From: Cyanophora paradoxa CCMP329
Lineage: Eukaryota; Plantae; Glaucophyta
Direction: 5' to 3'
NCBI GenBank assembly: GCA_004431415.1
Contig: QPMI01000518.1
Span: 1-64,000 of the forward strand
DNA length: 64,000 nucleotides
Shown here: piece by piece, positions 57,365 through 64,000 of the stretch
How the letters are laid out: every line of letters begins with the position of its first letter
Position numbering within the stretch: position 1 is the first letter of the stretch
Notes under the pieces: generated by a model
What the model was told of the DNA's origin: nothing
The model's database searches: none
The model's input: only the letters and a program-made list of their open reading frames with translations
Made by a program: the position numbers and the translations under genes

Positions 57365-58906
57365 ATGCCCCTTCGTGTAATTCTCTCATTATCAGGTGGG
57401 GGAGCTCGTGGTATAATTATTACGAGATTGTTAAAAGAAATCGAAACTCGAACAGGAAAAAGAGTAATTGACCTTGTTGATCTGGTGAGTGGAACATCCA
57501 CTGGTGGGATAATTGCGATTGGTCTCAATGTGAAAAATCCCGAATTTCCAAACGAACCTAAACTTACTGCAACCGATTTGCATTCCACTTATCTCAATCA
57601 ACTCCCCTTAATCTTTGCAAATCCCAGAAATATTATTGATAATGCACTTTTCAACACCAAGTATGATGTGACCCCATTGGAGACAGCCATTCTCACTGTT
57701 ACTGGTGAGTCTCTCATTCAAGACTCTCTCAAAGATGTAGTGATCACAAGTTTTGACACTGTGAGTATGAAGCCCATTTTTATCACCAATGATAACTCCT
57801 ACAAATCCATCCCCAGCAAGATTGCTGCAAGATCCACCTCTGCTGCTCCAACATATTTCTCACCTGTGAACTATGATGGGATGTCTCTAATTGATGGTGC
57901 AATCTCAGGTAACAACAATCCCAGTGTCTGTGGTTACAGTCATGCTAAGAAGATCTATGATGATGATGATGATATTATAGTGATAAGTATATCCTGTGGT
58001 GAAGTCAATGAAACAGATGCTCCAAATGTGGGTTACTCTTATGAAGATGTGAACAGCTGGGGCATCCTCTCTTGGATTGCTTCGACCTCTGGAAGTCCAT
58101 TAATCAATATGTTGATGGCTGCAAGTGAACTGTCTGCTCTGGAAAAGATGCAAGAGTTTCTCCCATACAATGATGATCAAGGATATGCAAGATATTATAG
58201 ACTCTCTGTTCCACTTCCAAAGACCATAGTAAACTCTTTGGATGATACCTCTAAAATACCAGATATGATAGATGCAACCGAAATATATATAGCAGCAAAC
58301 ACTGTGATGATTGATAGACTCTGTGATTTACTGGTTGCAAATTACGAAATCAAGAACCCTGCAAGGTTCTATATATCATCCACTCTGAATAACATACCTC
58401 CCATTGATGCTAACTGGTATCTTCTATCAGATGGTGCATTCACTGCTTCATCATCAAAAATTGGAAGGGAGGCATTTAAAGCAAGACCTTCCTTGACAGG
58501 TTGGGAAGCAAATGCATCTGCTCCTGATGGGATATGGAGTGTTCACACTGAGTATCTCCAAGTAACCTTCCCATACATATTTGAGGTTGCATCTATAATT
58601 GCATATGGTTCTGGTGTAACAAACGCTTTTATTAAGACCTTCAATGTTGCAACATCACAAGATGGTGTTTCCTGGTCATTTATCAAGTATGAAGGTGTCA
58701 ACAGAGTGTTTATGTGTGAAACTATTAATAATGCCCACAACAGTGGTGATGTCTCATACAGTTCTGGGTATCCCACCTCTATTAGAGACGTTTTCTATAT
58801 TGGCTACCCTCTGAGGACAAGGTATATTCGAATTTATCCACTTGTATACATCAACACCCCAACTATGAGAGTGGATGTCACAGGTGCATTTATTCGAAGT
58901 GTATGA
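57365..58906 (+). CDS. Patatin-like phospholipase fused to a C-terminal F5/8 type C (discoidin) domain
   Basis: LSLSGGGARG (oxyanion loop), GTSTGG (nucleophile Ser), SAAPTYF and IDGA (catalytic Asp). The C-terminal FTASS...W...EYLQV.F...S.DG.SW...TRYIRIYP...MRVDV.G is the FA58C pattern. Confidence 0.9.
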   Translation: MPLRVILSLSGGGARGIIITRLLKEIETRTGKRVIDLVDLVSGTSTGGIIAIGLNVKNPEFPNEPKLTATDLHSTYLNQLPLIFANPRNIIDNALFNTKYDVTPLETAILTVTGESLIQDSLKDVVITSFDTVSMKPIFITNDNSYKSIPSKIAARSTSAAPTYFSPVNYDGMSLIDGAISGNNNPSVCGYSHAKKIYDDDDDIIVISISCGEVNETDAPNVGYSYEDVNSWGILSWIASTSGSPLINMLMAASELSALEKMQEFLPYNDDQGYARYYRLSVPLPKTIVNSLDDTSKIPDMIDATEIYIAANTVMIDRLCDLLVANYEIKNPARFYISSTLNNIPPIDANWYLLSDGAFTASSSKIGREAFKARPSLTGWEANASAPDGIWSVHTEYLQVTFPYIFEVASIIAYGSGVTNAFIKTFNVATSQDGVSWSFIKYEGVNRVFMCETINNAHNSGDVSYSSGYPTSIRDVFYIGYPLRTRYIRIYPLVYINTPTMRVDVTGAFIRSV

Positions 58907-59128
58907 TACATCAGGACTTCTGATGTATGATACAGTGGCTTCTGTATCTTCGCCCACATTATGGCGATTTTTACAGTAGCTACTGTATTTTATTACCAGG
59001 TGCTCCGTTTTTAAATCTGAAAACAGATTCGGAATCGCCACGATAGCGCCAATCAGGATTCGTCGTGATCGGGCACTTACAAAATAAAAAAATTGACAAG
59101 GAGTTTCTGGATTCTCCCAACTTCTGCT

Positions 59129-59371
59129 ATGGATCCCATCTACCAAGACCCTGCTATCATCCATGCTGCCCAGTCAGACTGGATCCATGATTTCAAGACT
59201 GCTTTCTATTACAATTTCTTCATGTCACAGCCAGAGCATGTGAGACTGTTCTTTGTTTATAATTACCAACTGGTCTCAAACCTTGAAACTTTCTTCTTGG
59301 AAATTATTGAAAAAGATAGACAAATGAGGAAAATTCGCCAGAGGTCTAAGAGATTCCGAAAGCGTTGTTAA
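59129..59371 (+). CDS. Hypothetical protein, 80 aa, basic C-terminus
   Basis: ATG-started ORF MDPIYQDP...RKIRQRSKRFRKRC converging on the integrase stop codon. Confidence 0.45.
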   Translation: MDPIYQDPAIIHAAQSDWIHDFKTAFYYNFFMSQPEHVRLFFVYNYQLVSNLETFFLEIIEKDRQMRKIRQRSKRFRKRC

Positions 59372-59372
59372 T

Positions 59373-60790
59373 CTATTTCCTCTGCCCTCTTCGTAGATTG
59401 AATCGAGTTTGGGGTGCAGTATATGTTTCTTTGGTGGTTGAAAAGTCATTATACCACCTCTGACTGTTGACTTCTGATAATTTCTGGGTTCCTGCTATGG
59501 TCAACTTCTTTAATTCTTTCTCTACTCTACCCTTCTTTTGTGCTCTTGCTTCTGTGAGGGGTTCTTTTGGTATTTCACTTGCTTTTTCTATGCCCTCCTT
59601 TCTGATTGCTGAATCAACCCTGGCTTCCTCCTTTGCCTGTTCAAGAGCATCCACTGTGGGAGTTTCATGATACTCAACACCTTTAATGGGCAGCAGTTCA
59701 TGAAAAGCGAATCTACCATCAACTATCTCACCACTGGGACTTCTGATTCTGAACTTGAAGCCCTCTCTGCCCTCCACACTATAAACAATTCGAGACCAAT
59801 TAACCCCTTGCTTTGCAAATGGATTCTTTTCAACTTTCACTCTCACAAACATTCCAGGTTTCAGGGCATCAAGATACTCAATCGATTTCTTGAATCTCTG
59901 ATCCTCCATATTCACTATCTCTTTGTAGTGGGCTTCTGTGGTCTCTGCTGGTTTTCTCTTGGTTGCAGAGTGAATGGTATTATTATAATTATACTCAATA
60001 TCACCCAACACATCAAAAAATCGTGCAGTATTATTTGCAATGCAGTAGTTTGTGATCAATCTCTTGATCTGTCTGTTAAAGGCTTCAATTCGACCTTGGG
60101 TTCTGTGATCTGCAACATCACTTAGTTGATGCTCAATGAATTTTGTTCCCAAATAATCTGTGAACAACACATTGGTAAATTCGCTTCCACTGTCACTCTG
60201 AATGCGAACAATTGGTCTGGGGACTCTCTGTTCAAGTTGCTTGAATGCTGCAAGTGTAGTAAGAGCACTCTTGTCTCTCATTGGAATTATGAACCCTGTT
60301 CTCAGGGTTGACTCCATTGCACTCATAAATGTATCATAACCATCATTCTGCTTTTTGTATGCAGGAAAGAAGAGCAGATCAATCACATAGGTATCAAGGG
60401 TTGCCTTATTGGAATCATGGGATCTCTCTTTCGAGATAGGGTGGGTGCATTAATCTGGACGACCTCCTGCTTATCATACCACTCTCTCATCTTCTTGTAG
60501 TTCTCCTCTGGTAGTTCCTGTCTCATTGCAGTAAATCCCTTGTAGCCTGTCCTGGGATCATAGAACTTCTTAGCAATCTTCGACTCTTTTGGTGCTGTCT
60601 CAGCTGGGAGGGTCTCTGGGATTAATTGCTTGACCATCTCTGATCTTTTCAATATTCGACTGCTCTTCTCCTCCACTGGAACTGTGATGGGCAGGATATT
60701 CCCTCGATCTTCAATTGCCTCTTTTCTTACAATTCTGGGTGGTTGTCTCAATCCTATTTGTGTAGAAGGCATCTTTACCTTATCTCTCAT
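59373..60790 (-). CDS. int: Retroviral-type (rve, DDE) integrase of the Polinton class, split by a 1-nt frameshift at ~60408
   Basis: IDLLFF...NDGY (D1), IQSDSGSEF (D2), GRIEAFNR (E), YNNTIHSA.K..P and NWS..VY. The upstream ORF gives the typical N-terminus FYDPRTGYKG...W...QEV.Q. The frames join as PIKATLDTYVIDL if one A is restored. Confidence 0.9.
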
Positions 60791-60955
60791 ATAATAAATG
60801 CAAGAGTCTGTGTGGAAGGAGAACACAATTCCAAACTACTTTGCAATTGAGCCCAATGATCCAGGATTAAGATGTATATGGCTGCTGCATTTAATTCGCG
60901 GTTTATTACTTCTTGGAGAGCGAAACCAAAGAAAAAGAAAGATTGATGAAGTAGA

Positions 60956-63900
60956 TTAGAGCCCAAATGGAATGCTGTGAATTCCATCGTCTAATATCTT
61001 CCTTTTGCTATCGAGTTGGTTTAGAGCCACCCTTCTGCTCTCCAAATCATATAGGTTGTGGTCTTGCCTTCGCTTGTTTACTACTGCTACTGTTTTGGTG
61101 ATGCCTTCAAACAGGCATCTCTTGAAATCATCAAAGTGAACCTCTTTGGAGGAAGTCCCAGACATCTTTATTTTATCAAAGGTCTCAGTTCTGAAAGCAT
61201 AGAGTTTCGATCTCAGACCTACATACTCCACAATCTTTGCATTTGGAAACTCGTTTTTATATTTACCTGGAATCAAACGATTGCTCCTATCAAAGAGAGG
61301 GTGGGTGGGATCATAATTACTGCAATCCAGGTGTCCAGCAATTCGCTTCATCTCATTATTTAGATCATTGGTATGCAGCAGGAGACAGAAAGAATCTGTA
61401 TCATGGAATAGTAGCTCTGCTGTTTCCCAAGTTCTCCTCACCACATCATAAAAGAACCTGCTATTGTGGAGTTTCGCGAAATCCAGCACAAAAGCACCAA
61501 TTGCAACAGGTTTATCTAAGTGAACATGCTTGGAATACATCTCAAAGGCAACAGCATTTTCGTTTAATACATTGGTTGCCTTGATGAGTGGACTTGCAGC
61601 ATATTTCTTGCAAAGTTTCTCACTGTTTGCAATCTTTACCACAGAGCGACCCCTGCATGATTCGAGGCATTTACCATAGATTGCATTGTTCATTAATTTA
61701 AAGAAGTCACTCTCGAATCTGGACATAGATTGGCGCCTCAGTTTCGTATTTAGATCAATATAACTCTTCATGAATGCAGAGGTTGCAAATGAGAGAACCC
61801 TGTGAACCTTCGTGATTATAATACCTTTGCTCACAAGATAGATCAAGAGAGGTTGGGAAATCACATAGTTATTTTTGGGTGAGAATGTTGCAGTGAGTTT
61901 GGGGTCTTTGCTTATCTTCTCACCTGTGATATCCAGTAACTTTCTTTGATACCCACCAGCATTTCGGTGGTGACATGTTCTTTATTAACTACAAGTGGAA
62001 AATCGTAATGATCTGTGAGAGTTTGTGGGTATTCCAGGTCAACTTCAATAAAGGCACTTCGTCCTTGGGTCTCTTTAAGTGCCTCTGAGACATCTTCCCA
62101 TCGAAAATCTCCAATGGGCAGTTCTTGACTGAGAGCAAAACCATACAGATTATTTGCATCCAAGAGAACTATATGGTCATCTGGGTTTTCCACCTTTGCA
62201 TATCGAGTAGGCATTGTAGCAAACCCACCTCGAATTGCTCTCTCAATGAATTCGTATTGCCCTACATCACTGATCTGCTCGATCTTTGCTCTGGTATAAA
62301 TGAGCATTGCATCCCAGGATAATCCAGGAGCCGAAACATAGTGGGCAGGATCCAATCCATATTGGGAAAACGCCAATTCTCGGAAAGTCTGGAATTTACT
62401 CATAAGATCACCAGAATCCACTGCCTGGAAGTCCATGAAGTGCGAAGCATCTATGAATTTCCACATGCCCCATTGCAGGGAGAGGTATTGATCGAAATTC
62501 TTGCTCAGGATCTCAACACGAAGTTTATCATCTTGCTGTGCAATTTTGCGGAATATTTCGTGTCCACATTCATCCATGTGATCCACCACAATTGCTACTT
62601 TCGTTTGCTTTGAGATTCTCCTGTGGAGGTTGCAGTTTCGACATGCTTTCCCAATAAATGCTCCTGATTGATGACAATGGTCTCTCACTGGGAAATTCTC
62701 ATGGGTAAATCGTTCAGCACAGATATAACAGTGTTTAGTGATCTTGTATTGTGCTTTCTGCTCTTCTGTGAGTGGGTGCATTGGAATATTGGTGAATAGA
62801 GTGCGGATTACTTGGGGTCTGATCTCTGTGAGAGTGGTAAACAGAGCACCAAGTGGATCTGATCCCTCGAAATAATGAGAGATCACCTCATCCCCCATCA
62901 CAACTGTTAAAGAAACCGATTTGACCGCTCTTTTACTGCGGTTCTCATCAATTGGAACCGAGTGACTATCCATTTTTACATAGCAGATAGTGGGAAGCCA
63001 CACAGTTTTGCGAAGGTGTTGAAGCCCAAATGCAATGTGACTTCCAGATTTCGGGCATTTACCTTTGCTCTCCCTCCAATCAATGCAGCGATTGGCTTCT
63101 AAGTGAATGTCCAGCTTCTCCTGAGTTCTGAAACGAGACAGACAGGTCTCACAGTAATAAATGCGACCATCATGGGCTTTATCAAAGGTGGTTTTCAGAA
63201 GTCTACTCAGAGACATGATGGTGATATAATGCCCTCTATCATCCTCTTCGTTTTCGATTAATAAAAGGTTAATCTTGGTCTTTCTCCTGGGGTTGCTGGA
63301 TTGATGGAGAGGATAGAAACACTGTGCTTGATTATCTGCACCATAAATGTTGATTGAGAGTTCAGGGTTCTGCTCCTCAAATCGATCAATAACCTCTGCA
63401 TCACAGGCAACTGGAAACTGGATGCCTTCGAAATTGAGTTCGTTTAACCATCTTCTATACTGGCTGGGTTCATTGCTCTTGTGTTTATTAATATCATTTC
63501 GGTGCAGGTAAGCCAAGATTGCATACTTGAAGCAGTCTTGACCATCAATATTCTTAACATTCACAGTTGCTCTCTTTGATCCAATCCACTCAGGTGTTGA
63601 GAAGAAGCAACCACCCACAGGAGCATAAGACATTATTACCACTCTCAGCATCTCAATGCGATCCAGTCTGTAACTGTCAACCTGCATCATCTGTTCCTGC
63701 ATAGATTGAAGGGCATTTCGCAGTTCAACATCAATATTTCGTGATCTTGTGATGACAAAGTAATCACTGTAAATGAATTTGGTGATCCACACCCTTGGAT
63801 CACTCACTTTGGTGAATTTACAAATGAAGGTCAACCGAGTTTTAATTGCTCTCAGGTCTTGGAGTTTCTGTCTGAGTCTCTGTGGTAGAGTAGTTGCAAT

Positions 63901-64000
63901 TCTCTCCAAGAATTCAATCCCATCTTGGATAACCTCCCCTCTTGCTCGATAGGTCAACCAAGAATATGCTTTGTTCATTGCTTCCCCATCTTCAATCTCT
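60956..64000 (-). CDS. polB: Protein-primed family B DNA polymerase (Polinton/adintovirus type), open at the window edge, split by a 1-nt frameshift at ~61955
   Basis: N-terminal region NVKN...CFKYAILA...FPV...FEEQNP...INLLLI...GHY, C2H2 finger, EndoVII-like VRDHCH.SG...G.AC..CN insert. Polymerase motifs LDANNLYG, KLMNNAIYGK, HDTDS, GKYKNE and GLRSKLY. The frame upstream of the 63978 ATG has no stop. Confidence 0.93.

Larger units (their letters stand above)
48290..64000. mobile_element. Endogenous Polinton/Maverick-type (Polinton-like) dsDNA virus, left ~15.7 kb; continues beyond the window
   Basis: Abrupt switch from very GC-rich intron-dense DNA to AT-rich, intronless, densely packed ORFs. 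Carries protein-primed PolB, a Polinton-type rve integrase, fibre genes and a ~1.3-kb repeat-rich non-coding terminal region. The exact end and TSD cannot be fixed without the other terminus. Confidence 0.9.

Noticed and set aside
56880-61960. Programmed -1 ribosomal frameshifting in the fibre, integrase and PolB genes
   Set aside because: No X-XXY-YYZ slippery heptamers at the junctions, and the same single-base homopolymer losses occur in host repeats. Assembly error or decay is simpler.
48290-64000. Bacteriophage/prophage or contaminating contig
   Set aside because: Despite the phage-like fibres and speD, the PolB and integrase are Polinton-type, no terminase, portal or tail genes are seen, and the junction falls inside a host intron. 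A chimeric join cannot be fully excluded without reads.

Overview
The window is eukaryotic (protist or algal) genomic DNA with short GT-AG introns, joined at ~48.3 kb to the left part of an AT-rich, intronless endogenous Polinton/Maverick-type DNA virus that runs off the right edge. (1) 1-22.9 kb is an accessory, repeat-rich zone. It holds a spliced minus-strand gene with a tandem exon+intron array, GC-rich minisatellites, a duplicated block headed by a tRNA-like T-arm, a spliced gene ending in a Ulp1/C48 protease domain, an hAT-type MITE (8-bp TSD) and a TA-flanked MITE. (2) 23.2-30.7 kb is a secreted protein gene with four LamG-like modules. (3) 31.3-33.1 kb is a WRN/EXD-type 3'-5' exonuclease homologue lacking its catalytic residues. 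(4) 33.5-48.3 kb is a large head-to-head palindrome of two TRANK1-like genes (UvrD helicase, TPR, Zn finger). The inner 4.3 kb of the arms are near-identical and the outer parts have diverged; the right copy is cut inside an intron by the virus. (5) 48.3-64 kb is the viral element. It has a structured terminal region (hairpin, direct repeats, inverted 9-bp iterons), a pyruvoyl AdoMetDC (SpeD/SpeH-like), a Zn-ribbon protein and a phage-like fibre cassette: three paralogous short fibres (two with C1q heads), a phage-type small partner gene and a ~1,100-aa His-repeat fibre. It also encodes a patatin-discoidin fusion, an rve integrase and a protein-primed PolB whose proofreading domain appears eroded. 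Capsid, packaging ATPase and protease genes are not in the window. Several single-base losses in homopolymers suggest long-read assembly errors. All family assignments come from motif recognition by eye; no database search was run.
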